From positions 57,657 through 121,656 of the forward strand of contig CALXLS010000003.1 in the NCBI GenBank assembly GCA_944389265.1: a stretch of 64,000 bases of DNA. Reading direction: 5' to 3'. Made by a program: the position numbers and the translations under genes. The notes under the pieces were generated by a model. That model ran no database searches. It was not told where the DNA came from and was given only the letters and a program-made list of their open reading frames with translations. Positions 35,430 through 44,457 of the stretch are shown here, piece after piece (position 1 is the stretch's first letter; every line of letters begins with the position of its first letter). The stretch is from an uncultured Alphaproteobacteria bacterium. Lineage in GTDB: Bacteria; Pseudomonadota; Alphaproteobacteria; Rs-D84.

Positions 35430-35729
35430 TTATTCAACATTTGCAACTGCGTTTTTATTTACTTCGATAACAACGCCTTTTGCAATTTCCATTTCAATTG
35501 TATTTTCATTTATTTTTTTAATTGTTCCGTATATCCCTGCCGCCAAAACACGATTACCTACTTTCAAAGAATCCAACATCTTTTGATATTCAGCCATACG
35601 CTTTTTATTTGGTCTGACCATAAAGATATAAATGATTGCAAAAACAACAACGCAATACAGCAACAGCCCCATCCAATCCCCTGTAGGTGTAGTTTGCGCT
35701 ACATTATCAACAACTGCTGTTTCATTCAT
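35430..35729 (-). CDS. yajC: Preprotein translocase subunit YajC
   Basis: 99 aa. TM helix followed by RPNKKRMAEYQKMLDSLKVGNRVLAAGIYGTI. Confidence 0.9.
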   Translation of the reverse strand: MNETAVVDNVAQTTPTGDWMGLLLYCVVVFAIIYIFMVRPNKKRMAEYQKMLDSLKVGNRVLAAGIYGTIKKINENTIEMEIAKGVVIEVNKNAVANVE

Positions 35730-35814
35730 ATTATTTCTCCTTGTATATTTATGGGTTCAGAATAGTAAAAAAAGCCGATTATGTAAAGGAAATAGTTATT
35801 AAAAAGCCCAAAAA

Positions 35815-37578
35815 TCAAATACGTTCAAACCAACCGTCAATTTCTATAAGCGGTATAATTTTATAAACAGGTCTTCCATGGTTGCATTCACCCCCACGAG
35901 TAGTTTTTTCTACATCACGAAGCAGCGCATCCATTTGATTAAAGTCTAATTTTTGTCCTGCTCTTACACTATGATGACAAGCATAATTTGCCAACTTTAA
36001 ATGCAACCTTTCCCCTAATTGAGAAGAATGTCCATATTCACGCACCTCATCCGCTATACTATGAAACAAATCTTTCCAATTTAAGTCCCAATCTGCAGGT
36101 TTTTCAAAAATAGCAATTGCGTCATCACCGAAAGAATCGATATGCAACCCCGACTTTTTCATTTCTTCTGCAATAGACAAAACCGCTTCAACATCTTCAA
36201 TACGCATATTTACAACAATTGGCGTCAACAAAGGTTGTACTTTTATTTCATACTTACGAAGTTTCTCATAAGTAATACGTTCATGCGCTGCATGTTGATC
36301 AACAATAACTAGATTTTCACCGCTTTGCGCCAGAATATATTTATTACCTACCTGCCCTATAACACGTCCTAATGGTAAATCAATTTCGACCTGATTATCC
36401 GCTTCTGGAACAATGCTAGTCTCATCTTTTTCTTCACAAAAAACTTTAGGCTTATCATTTATTACAGGTTTAAACATAAAAGCAATATCAGGCGCACTTC
36501 TATTCGGAGAAGCAACATGCATATGATTACTTATATCAAAATTTAATTTAGGTGCACTTTGCTGAAAGACATGGTTATTTGTTAAATTTGTATCAACTTT
36601 TTCTTCCAAAGTTTTTGCCAGCGCATTCCGAAGTGATTTAATAATAAACCCTCTAATATGGGACGGTTCTAAGAAATGAACTTCTGTCTTTGCAGGTGAT
36701 ACATTTACATCCACACTTCTTGGCTCTAAGTCAAGATACAGTGCACATAGCGGGAATTCGCGTGCATGCATAACATCCATATATGCGGCACGCAAAGCAC
36801 CGACTAAAACTTTATCTTTTACAGGTCTGCCATTTACAAATAAATACTGGTCAACGGATGAAGCACGACGCAAAGTTGGTTCAGAAATAAATCCACGAAG
36901 TTTTAATAATTTGTTTGAAGAAGAATCGGCATTTACTTCCAACATACGCCCACGCACATCATCACCCATAACCGCCGCGATACGTTCCGACATATCCTGA
37001 TTTTTTGGGAAACGCCATTTGTTATTTAAAACGAAACCCACATCAGGGCGTGCCATAGCCAAACGCTTTACAACGTCCAACACAGAAATCATTTCTGCCC
37101 GGTCACCACGCAAGAACTTTAATCTGGCAGGAGTTTTAGAAAATAAATTATTAACTCTTATTCTTGTTCCCGTTTCCCAATCAGAAGGTCTTATATCCCC
37201 TGTTGCACAATTTAAACACCAACCATTTTCATCCATTCCATTACAAGTATCAATAGTCATATCAGAAACAGATGCGATCGAAGGCAAAGCCTCGCCACGG
37301 AAACCCATAAAACTAATATTCAATAAATCATCGTCTGGCAATTTTGATGTAGCATGCCTTGTAATGCTTTTTGCCAAATCCTCACGCGACATCCCTGAAC
37401 CATTATCTATGACAGAAATTAAAGTTCTGCCACCATCAATAACATCTATCATAATCCGGTCTGCACCTGCATCTAAGGCATTTTCGACCAATTCTTTTAC
37501 AACACTCGCAGGACGTTCTACTACCTCACCTGCGGCGATTTGATTAACTAAAAAATCAGGCAGAACACGAACGGGCAA
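35815..37578 (-). CDS. mutL: DNA mismatch repair protein MutL
   Basis: 587 aa. NQIAAGEVVERPASVVKELVENALDAG GHKL ATPase motifs and a C-terminal dimerisation domain. The apparent start codon is TTG. Confidence 0.95.
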   Translation of the reverse strand: MPVRVLPDFLVNQIAAGEVVERPASVVKELVENALDAGADRIMIDVIDGGRTLISVIDNGSGMSREDLAKSITRHATSKLPDDDLLNISFMGFRGEALPSIASVSDMTIDTCNGMDENGWCLNCATGDIRPSDWETGTRIRVNNLFSKTPARLKFLRGDRAEMISVLDVVKRLAMARPDVGFVLNNKWRFPKNQDMSERIAAVMGDDVRGRMLEVNADSSSNKLLKLRGFISEPTLRRASSVDQYLFVNGRPVKDKVLVGALRAAYMDVMHAREFPLCALYLDLEPRSVDVNVSPAKTEVHFLEPSHIRGFIIKSLRNALAKTLEEKVDTNLTNNHVFQQSAPKLNFDISNHMHVASPNRSAPDIAFMFKPVINDKPKVFCEEKDETSIVPEADNQVEIDLPLGRVIGQVGNKYILAQSGENLVIVDQHAAHERITYEKLRKYEIKVQPLLTPIVVNMRIEDVEAVLSIAEEMKKSGLHIDSFGDDAIAIFEKPADWDLNWKDLFHSIADEVREYGHSSQLGERLHLKLANYACHHSVRAGQKLDFNQMDALLRDVEKTTRGGECNHGRPVYKIIPLIEIDGWFERI

Positions 37579-37581
37579 AAC

Positions 37582-38052
37582 TTAGTCCTTAAATTTTACT
37601 TCCAAGATTTCATATTCCTTTTCACCACTAGGTAATTTCACAATGCATGTATCACCGACACAACGCCCTATCAAAGCACGCCCAACAGGGGAAGTACAAG
37701 AAATCACTTGTTTTCCATCAGATTCGATATCAGACAAAATTCTGCATTGCATTCTATTACCATCTTCGTCTTCTGCGACAACATGCGCTCCGAAAACGAC
37801 ACGATCACCTGACAAAGAATCAACATCTATTATTGTAGCATTATTTATAACTTCTTCAATAAACTGTATGCGCTTATCAATTTGACGCTGTTTTTCTTTT
37901 GCAGCACTATAGTCTGCATTTTCAGACAAATCCCCCAACGAACGCGCCCATTGAACAGTCTTTAAAATCTCTGGACGTTGAACTTCTTTTAAATCTTTTA
38001 ATTCTTTAATAAGGCTGTCAAACCCAGCCCTTGAAATCGGCCTTTTTTCCAT
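37582..38052 (-). CDS. greA: Transcription elongation factor GreA
   Basis: 156 aa. GDLSENADYSAAKEKQ coiled-coil tip motif and a C-terminal FKBP-like domain. Confidence 0.95.
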   Translation of the reverse strand: MEKRPISRAGFDSLIKELKDLKEVQRPEILKTVQWARSLGDLSENADYSAAKEKQRQIDKRIQFIEEVINNATIIDVDSLSGDRVVFGAHVVAEDEDGNRMQCRILSDIESDGKQVISCTSPVGRALIGRCVGDTCIVKLPSGEKEYEILEVKFKD

Positions 38053-38154
38053 GTTACTTTCCTATATATTGTATCGAAATTATAAGCATTCATTTTAATT
38101 TTGCAATTGTCAATTGAACAAGGTATACTTTTTTAGTTAATAGTGGATATATAT

Positions 38155-39213
38155 ATGTTTAGACTTAATATATTAAATAGATTTTTAATGCGCCGCTTTT
38201 TTTCCGGTTTTGGTTTGGTTATGCTGGTTGTATGCGGCATAATCATGGCGGTAACTTTTGTAGAAAGACTACCATCAAACCCGACTGTTATGGATGCTTT
38301 ATTAGAAACATGGGTAAGACTATTAGAATACGTACCACTATTTTTACCGCTGGCTGTTTTTATGGGAACCTTACTTGCCTCATATAATCTTACAAAATCC
38401 AGCGAAAAAATTATTATTGCCAGCGCAGGTTTATCCCCCTATCAAATGGCACGACCATTTTTATTGGGGGCAGCGCTTGTCGGTATTATTGCAACAACAA
38501 TTGTCAATCCATATTCCGTTGGTCTAAACGAAAAGAATATCACACCAGACCACCTAGTTTTAATTGATGATGAAATATGGTTACGCGAATCGTCTGACAA
38601 CGGTTACATAACAATGAACGCAAAAAACATGCATAAATCTGGAAATATTTTATTGTTTGAAAATGCTACTGTATATGTACAAGATAAAACATTTAAATTA
38701 AACCAACGTGTAGAGGCAGAAACTTTAACACTATCTGATGCAGGTTTAGACGCAAAAAAAGCAACCACATGGGATGACAATGGTATTCCCAAAACTGTTG
38801 ACTGGCATATAAATACACTACTAAATCCGCAAACAGTTCTAGACCGTTATTTACAACCAGACCAAATATCATTTTGGGATTTACCGAACTTCATAAAAAA
38901 GATGCAGGCAATCGGCGTGACAGTACGCGGTCACCTTGTTCAGTTTTGGACTCTGCTATTTTTACCGTTAACAATGATAGCAATGGCAACGCTTGGTGTG
39001 GCCTTTTCGCAAACAAAGCAGCGAAGAAATTATAGTTTCGGTTTAAAATTTGGCATTGGTATAATAACCTGCTTTGCGGTATATTTTTTAACAAATATGT
39101 TTAATGCACTTGGTTCAACAGGTGTACTACCACCATTACTAGCAATTGTTGCACCACCTCTTATAATAATTGCTGGTGCGGGCGCATTTATCGCAAGTTT
39201 TGATACAATATAA
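38155..39213 (+). CDS. LptF/LptG-family LPS export permease
   Basis: ~352 aa with YjgP/YjgQ architecture: 3 TM, a periplasmic beta-jellyroll region, then 3 TM. An alternative GTG start lies at 38143. Confidence 0.78.
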   Translation: MFRLNILNRFLMRRFFSGFGLVMLVVCGIIMAVTFVERLPSNPTVMDALLETWVRLLEYVPLFLPLAVFMGTLLASYNLTKSSEKIIIASAGLSPYQMARPFLLGAALVGIIATTIVNPYSVGLNEKNITPDHLVLIDDEIWLRESSDNGYITMNAKNMHKSGNILLFENATVYVQDKTFKLNQRVEAETLTLSDAGLDAKKATTWDDNGIPKTVDWHINTLLNPQTVLDRYLQPDQISFWDLPNFIKKMQAIGVTVRGHLVQFWTLLFLPLTMIAMATLGVAFSQTKQRRNYSFGLKFGIGIITCFAVYFLTNMFNALGSTGVLPPLLAIVAPPLIIIAGAGAFIASFDTI

Positions 39214-39232
39214 ACAAAAAAGGATAACCCAC

Positions 39233-39364
39233 ATGCCTATTCGTAAAAAGAATACAACCAGGAATAAAATAATAATATGGGCTTTGATAGTTATCTTAAT
39301 TATATTAATGATAATATCATTTCCACCTGCTCAGAATGTAACAGAAATCGTTTTATACCCATGA
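39233..39364 (+). CDS. Possible small membrane protein (43 aa)
   Basis: MPIRKKNTTRNKIIIWALIVILIILMIISFPPAQNVTEIVLYP has a basic N-terminus and one TM helix. Its TGA overlaps the xerD ATG (ATGA at 39361-39364). No homology evidence. Confidence 0.35.
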   Translation: MPIRKKNTTRNKIIIWALIVILIILMIISFPPAQNVTEIVLYP

Positions 39365-40227
39365 ACTATATCGACATTTTTTTAGAAGCACTTTCTGCAG
39401 AAAAAGGTCGCAGTCAAAAAACACTGGAAAGTTATGCCAGTGACTTGCGTCATGCAGACGAAAGCATACCGAACGGTTTAATGGGTGCAACAAGCGCAGA
39501 CATACAAAAATATTTATCAGAACTTCCCGACAAAGCATCTTCTGTTGCAAGGAAAGCTAGTGCATTGCGCGGTTTTTATAAATTTTTAATGTTGGAAAAA
39601 ATAATAAAAGAGAACCCAACATCTAATCTGGAATTACCAAAAAGAACGCGCGCACTACCAAAATTTTTATCAGTTGAAGAAATCGAACTGCTAATATCAT
39701 CTGCGGGTGATATAAAAAATTCTGTTCGTCTTCGTGCAATGATAGAACTACTATACGCATCGGGCTTGCGCGTTTCCGAATTATGCGAATTGCCAACGAC
39801 CGCTTATTTAGGCGACAAACTATTAATTCATGGCAAAGGCGCAAAAGAAAGAATGGTGCCGATACATGAACGTGCAAAACATGCTTTAGAAAAATGGTTA
39901 TCCATTCGTGACGATGAAAAATCAAAATACGTATTTCCATCTAACGGGAAAGACGGTCATATAACACGTGATGGTTTTTTTAAAATTCTGAAAAAATGTG
40001 CTGTTCTTGCAGGAATTGACCCACATCGGGTAAGTCCGCATGTACTACGTCACTCATTTGCTTCCCACCTTCTTGCAGGCGGTGCAAACTTACGAATAAT
40101 ACAAACTATGCTTGGTCATGAAGATATATCAACAACACAAATATATACGCATGTACTACCAGAAAAATTGCGTGAAACTGTACAAATGCATCATCCGTTA
40201 GGTCATAAAAAGGAATCCGATATATGA
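39361..40227 (+). CDS. xerD: Tyrosine recombinase XerD
   Basis: Start reset to the ATG at 39361. ASGLRVSEL, HGKGAKERMVP, SPHVLRHSFASHLLAGGANLRIIQTMLGHEDISTTQIYTHV with catalytic R..H-x-x-R..H..Y, and an XerD-like C-terminal HHP. Confidence 0.85.
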   Translation: MNYIDIFLEALSAEKGRSQKTLESYASDLRHADESIPNGLMGATSADIQKYLSELPDKASSVARKASALRGFYKFLMLEKIIKENPTSNLELPKRTRALPKFLSVEEIELLISSAGDIKNSVRLRAMIELLYASGLRVSELCELPTTAYLGDKLLIHGKGAKERMVPIHERAKHALEKWLSIRDDEKSKYVFPSNGKDGHITRDGFFKILKKCAVLAGIDPHRVSPHVLRHSFASHLLAGGANLRIIQTMLGHEDISTTQIYTHVLPEKLRETVQMHHPLGHKKESDI

Positions 40228-40727
40228 TAAAAAAATGTGATCATCCAGGCTGTACCAAGGCCGGTACTTGTCGTGCACCCAAAACGCGCGAATTAAAAGA
40301 CTATTGGTTTTTCTGCAAAGAACACGCTGCTGAATATAATAAGAATTGGAATTATTATGCAGATATGACCCCAGAAGAAATAGAAGCAGATTGGGAACGT
40401 CAGACATTTGGCGCACCACTTAAAGACAAAAATAAAGCAAACGCAGACGAAATAGAATATGTAAATTTTTTAAACGATTTCATAACTGGGCGCGGTACAT
40501 TTGATAAAATGCCACCTAAAAGCAAACTGCCAACAAATGTTGTATCTGCATTAAAAACATTTGAGTTACCGATAAGCGCATCATGGCGTGAAATTTCCGC
40601 AAAGTATCGTGCACTTGCAAAAAAGTATCACCCAGATACAGCATCTGAAAAAGATAAAGCAACAACAGAATTTACAAAAATTTCTGCCGCATATGAAATT
40701 CTAAAAAAACATTTTGGTAAAAAATAA
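40224..40727 (+). CDS. DnaJ (J-domain) protein with N-terminal Cys-containing motif
   Basis: 167 aa. N-terminal CDHPGC...WFFCKEHAAEYNKNWNYY and a C-terminal J-domain (YRALAKKYHPD...AAYEILKK). Confidence 0.8.
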   Translation: MIKKCDHPGCTKAGTCRAPKTRELKDYWFFCKEHAAEYNKNWNYYADMTPEEIEADWERQTFGAPLKDKNKANADEIEYVNFLNDFITGRGTFDKMPPKSKLPTNVVSALKTFELPISASWREISAKYRALAKKYHPDTASEKDKATTEFTKISAAYEILKKHFGKK

Positions 40728-40752
40728 AAGGTCTGTTTTTTTACAGACCTTT
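40727..40752. terminator. Bidirectional rho-independent terminator between the dnaJ-like gene and trxB
   Basis: AAAGGTCTGT-tttttt-ACAGACCTTT, with A/T runs on both sides. Confidence 0.75.
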
Positions 40753-40755
40753 TTA

Positions 40756-41667
40756 TTAACCACGTGAATTTAAATATGCGATTGCATCCATACCCGCACT
40801 ACATCCAGTACCAACAGCTGTTGCGATTTGCATTTTTAGTTCTGACTGAACATCACCTGCAACGAAAATACCTTCAGGCATTTCTGCTGGTATCAAGCGT
40901 CCCATATTATCACGACGAATATCTTCTGTTAAATAATCAGTATTTGCCTCATGCCCTATTGCAACGAATAAACCGTCACAAACAATTTCTTTATCATCTG
41001 TAGTTGTCACAACTAATCTATCAGAATCTGGCAAAGCGGCTATTTTCTTTAAATCCGTATTAAACAGACATTCTATATTTTCACGTTCTGCGACACGATT
41101 ACGCAAAACCGCCTCTGCACGAGTAAAAGCACCTTTACGGTAAACAATCTTTACGCTTTTTGCAATATCTGCTAAATACAATGCATCATTTAAAGCAGAA
41201 TTTCCACCACCCATAACGATAACATCTTTATAGGCATAGAAGAACCCGTCACAAGTCGCACAATAAGAAACGCCTTTCCCAAAGAATTCTTTTGCACCTT
41301 CTATTTCAAGTTTCCGAGGAGAGGCACCTGTTGCAATTATGACGGTTTTACCAACATATCTATTTCCATCATCTGCCAAAATATTAAAAGCGCTTTCTGC
41401 ATCACCAGAAATATTTTTTGCAGATGTAAAGATGATTTCCGCACCAAATGTCTCTGCCTGATTTTTCATAAACTCTGCTAATTCCAAACCACTGCCCTTC
41501 CAACCTGGGTAGTTTTCCAGAACTGCGATACCGGCGGTTTGCCCCCCTAACCTGTCACCACCAAGAACAAGCGTTTTCTTTCCTGCGCGCGCACAATAAA
41601 GCGCAGCAGTAAGTCCAGCAGGACCTGAGCCTAAAATTATAACATCATGCATAACAATATCTGTCAT
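40756..41667 (-). CDS. trxB: Thioredoxin-disulfide reductase
   Basis: Start reset to the ATG at 41667 (AGGAG upstream). GSGPAG FAD motif, redox centre CATCDG, and GGGNSA NADPH motif. Confidence 0.95.
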   Translation of the reverse strand: MTDIVMHDVIILGSGPAGLTAALYCARAGKKTLVLGGDRLGGQTAGIAVLENYPGWKGSGLELAEFMKNQAETFGAEIIFTSAKNISGDAESAFNILADDGNRYVGKTVIIATGASPRKLEIEGAKEFFGKGVSYCATCDGFFYAYKDVIVMGGGNSALNDALYLADIAKSVKIVYRKGAFTRAEAVLRNRVAERENIECLFNTDLKKIAALPDSDRLVVTTTDDKEIVCDGLFVAIGHEANTDYLTEDIRRDNMGRLIPAEMPEGIFVAGDVQSELKMQIATAVGTGCSAGMDAIAYLNSRG

Positions 41668-41938
41668 AAAAAATCTCCTAGTTATCTTTTCGGGGCTTAG
41701 CATAACATAATCCCCCTAATGGCGCAATTTTTTTCTCTTGCCCTGGTATTCCTTATTTTTTATTGATTTTTTTCGGTCAATATTTTATGATTTATATCGT
41801 TATGATAAAAGAATATTACTTTTTTAGTTCTTATTCATCCCCGTTTGGGGTATGTTTCAATTATTAATTCATAAAAAATCGCGATTTATATCGCAAAACA
41901 ATTCTTACAAAAACAAACAAAACTTAAGGACATAGGAA

Positions 41939-43219
41939 ATGTTAGATATTCGATTTATTCGTGAAACCCCAGATACAGTAAAGAATGCTTGTAAAGTAAA
42001 AGGTTTTGAAGATCATGTAGATGAAATCTTGGACTTAGACACACGTGTAAGAGAACTAAAAACAATTACTCAAACAAAAACTGCAGAAAAGAATAAAATA
42101 ACTCGTGAAATTCCGACTGCTACAGACAAAGCGCCATTAATCGCTGAATCGAAAAAAATAGGCGAAGAAATTGCTGCAGATTTAGCAGAACTTGCCGAAA
42201 AGGAAGAAAAACTGAACGATTTATTACACCGTGTTCCACAAATACCAAGTCCGGACGCACCTATTGGCACGGATGATAGTGATAATGTGGAAGTCCGTCG
42301 TGTTGGTGAACCGACGAAGTTTGACTTTACACCTCGCGCACAGTGGGATTTATTAGATATGAACAACTGGTGGTTACCAGAAAAAATCGGTCAAATATGT
42401 GGAACACGTACCTATTGTTTAATGGGAGAAGCAGCGGAATTACAATTAGCAATAGAAACTTATGTTATACAGAAATTGATATCCAAAGGCTTCATATTCA
42501 TAGAATGTCCATCTATCACAAAACCACAAACCATATTTGATGCAGGTCACTTTATGGGTTCTGATTTATCCATAATGAATAACGATGTATTTATGTTAAC
42601 GGACACAGATAGATGCTTAGCAGGTACAGCAGAAATCATACTAAACTCGCTGCATAGCGGAGAAATTTTACCAGAAAACGCGCTACCAATAAAATACGCA
42701 GGTTTTTCACCGTGCTTCCGCAAAGAAGCGGGTGCTGCTGGTCGCGATACAAGGGGACTAGCAAGATTTCACCAATTTAACAAAGTTGAACAATATATAT
42801 ATTGCAAACCAGAACAGTCTGATGAAATGCATGAACATATATTAAATAACCTTTGTGAAGTAATGGAAGACCTGGAATTGCCATATCGCGTAATTGCTAA
42901 TTCGACAGGAGATATGGGATTCAACAAAGTAAAAATGAACGACGTTGAAGCATGGGTTCCAAGTGAAAACGCATATAAAGAACTAGGCAGTTGTTCATCG
43001 ATTGGCACATTCCAAGCACGCAGAACAAATACCAGATATCGTGAAAATGCAACAGGTGACGTTAAATTTGTTGCGACCTTAAACAATACGGGCATTGCGG
43101 TTCCACGTGCATTGGTTCCTGTTCTTGAAAACCATCAAAATGCGGATGGTTCTGTAAATATACCAAAGAAATTGCAACCTCTTATGGGTGGCCGAACCAA
43201 GATTGGTGGCAAGCATTAA
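41939..43219 (+). CDS. serS: Seryl-tRNA synthetase
   Basis: 426 aa. N-terminal coiled-coil arm and class II core (FRKEAGAAGRDTRGLARFHQF, TLNNTGIAVPRALVPVLENHQ). Confidence 0.95.
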   Translation: MLDIRFIRETPDTVKNACKVKGFEDHVDEILDLDTRVRELKTITQTKTAEKNKITREIPTATDKAPLIAESKKIGEEIAADLAELAEKEEKLNDLLHRVPQIPSPDAPIGTDDSDNVEVRRVGEPTKFDFTPRAQWDLLDMNNWWLPEKIGQICGTRTYCLMGEAAELQLAIETYVIQKLISKGFIFIECPSITKPQTIFDAGHFMGSDLSIMNNDVFMLTDTDRCLAGTAEIILNSLHSGEILPENALPIKYAGFSPCFRKEAGAAGRDTRGLARFHQFNKVEQYIYCKPEQSDEMHEHILNNLCEVMEDLELPYRVIANSTGDMGFNKVKMNDVEAWVPSENAYKELGSCSSIGTFQARRTNTRYRENATGDVKFVATLNNTGIAVPRALVPVLENHQNADGSVNIPKKLQPLMGGRTKIGGKH

Positions 43220-43221
43220 AA

Positions 43222-43245
43222 AACGGGGAAATCCCCGTTTTTTAG
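43222..43245. terminator. Bidirectional terminator after serS and the convergent 43242 ORF
   Basis: AAAAACGGGGA-aa-TCCCCGTTTTTT. The T-run overlaps the stop codon of the minus-strand ORF. Confidence 0.75.
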
Positions 43246-43652
43246 CGCTGCTTTTCTTTTAAAGCATCTAAAGATATTCGCGAAGCAAAAGATTTTTCGC
43301 TTCTAAAAGGAAATACAAAATCTTTAAATAAAGAAGTAGAAGTTTTATATTTCCATTTTTTTATTGCCAACAATAAATGTTCTTCTTTATTAAAAAGGGT
43401 ATTGCCATTGTAATATTCATCTATGGCATGCAAAACCTGAGAGAATGCCAACCATACAGAATTATCAACTATAATCCCTTTCGCATTTTTTTTGCAAAAA
43501 CCTTCAAAATCAGGCTCTAAATTTTCTTTTATGCGCGTTCCATAATCAGACAATCTTTTCGGATCTTGTCCAATTTTATTGATAATTTCTATATTTTTGA
43601 CAATTTCTAAATATTCTTTTTTATCCTTTGCTTTTTCTGTTCTTTTGTTCAA
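43242..43652 (-). CDS. Orphan ORF (136 codons) with no ATG and no internal Met; probably the 3' part of a frameshifted gene
   Basis: The track's M is a TTG at 43652, and the translation contains no other Met. The same frame is open upstream to 43766, overlapping the end of ORF 43730-44287. Confidence 0.4.
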   Translation of the reverse strand: MNKRTEKAKDKKEYLEIVKNIEIINKIGQDPKRLSDYGTRIKENLEPDFEGFCKKNAKGIIVDNSVWLAFSQVLHAIDEYYNGNTLFNKEEHLLLAIKKWKYKTSTSLFKDFVFPFRSEKSFASRISLDALKEKQR

Positions 43653-43729
43653 AAAAGTAATAACAGATTCAAAAAAATTTTTTATAGTTAAATCATAATC
43701 AATTATCTTATTACTTATACAAATCTCTC

Positions 43730-44287
43730 CTATCGTTGTAAAGAATAAAACAGTTTTTTTAACGGTCTAAGGAATAAACTCGCATGTTTTATTTCAGCAA
43801 GTTTCTTTAAATCTTTCGATTCTTCTTCTATTTTCTTCGCCCATAATACAAAAGAATTACGTCCTTTTTCATCATCAGATGTTCTGCCGTATTCCCAATC
43901 TTGAACTAAATCACAAAAATTATAGAAAGCACATCTTAAATTTGCATTATATAAAAAAGCATCTTCCGCGTCATTTACAACATAATCTAAAGGTCGCCAA
44001 ACCATATAAAAAGCACATTTTGCGTTTTCTGGTGAAATATTATTTTTTTCAATCCAATTCTTTATTCTGTTCATATAATCTTTTTCTGTTGCTGCACGAG
44101 AAAAATAATTTTCAGGGTATTTCGCAACATCCGCGATTTTTACCAACGCCCTACCCGCATCATATTTTTGTGAACGCGATAAGGCCTTCCACCTTTTAGC
44201 CAAACTTGCTTTTGCCAAAACCCTAAAACTACCTAACCCAGATTTTATATCTGAATAAACTTTCTCTTCCGAGAAATCTTTTTGCAT
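43730..44287 (-). CDS. Orphan ORF (185 aa), unknown family; probably the 5' part of a frameshifted gene
   Basis: ATG start. No motif I recognise. An A7 run at 43754-43760 lies in its last 12 codons, inside the overlap with the downstream frame. Confidence 0.5.
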   Translation of the reverse strand: MQKDFSEEKVYSDIKSGLGSFRVLAKASLAKRWKALSRSQKYDAGRALVKIADVAKYPENYFSRAATEKDYMNRIKNWIEKNNISPENAKCAFYMVWRPLDYVVNDAEDAFLYNANLRCAFYNFCDLVQDWEYGRTSDDEKGRNSFVLWAKKIEEESKDLKKLAEIKHASLFLRPLKKLFYSLQR

Positions 44288-44400
44288 ATTTATCCCCCAT
44301 GAAATATTTTACTTTACATTATAGACAAATTTTATATTATGTCAATTAGCAAAACATATAAAAATATTCATAGTGTATATTTCTTGAAAAACAGAATTTA

Positions 44401-44409
44401 TGGTATAAT
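44401..44409 (+). promoter_or_regulatory. Possible extended -10 promoter element upstream of typA
   Basis: TGGTATAAT (TGnTATAAT) lies ~50 nt upstream of the typA ATG. Pattern match only. Confidence 0.35.
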
Positions 44410-44457
44410 CTATGGGTTAAAAAATTTATAGCATGTAAAAGTATAGGGAAAAAATTG

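Noticed and set aside
37019-37543. Long antisense ORFs inside strongly supported genes (for example 37019-37543 in mutL, 45168-45911 and 44346-44837 in typA, 33892-34299 in secD, 24329-24664 in rarA, 57261-57686 in ruvA, 58270-58674 in mnmE)
   Set aside because: Each lies wholly within a gene with clear family motifs on the other strand. Their translations are low-complexity (S/I/F/P-rich) with no recognisable motifs. These are typical shadow ORFs of AT-rich coding DNA.
41704-41938. The unusually long (235-270 nt) trxB-serS divergent intergenic region, checked for a T-box, riboswitch, 4.5S/6S RNA or small ORF
   Set aside because: It contains only two short hairpins (CCCC-gttt-GGGG near 41842; GCGAT-ttat-ATCGC near 41882) and AT-rich sequence. 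I could not recognise any conserved RNA motif, and a 26-codon ORF there has no supporting features.
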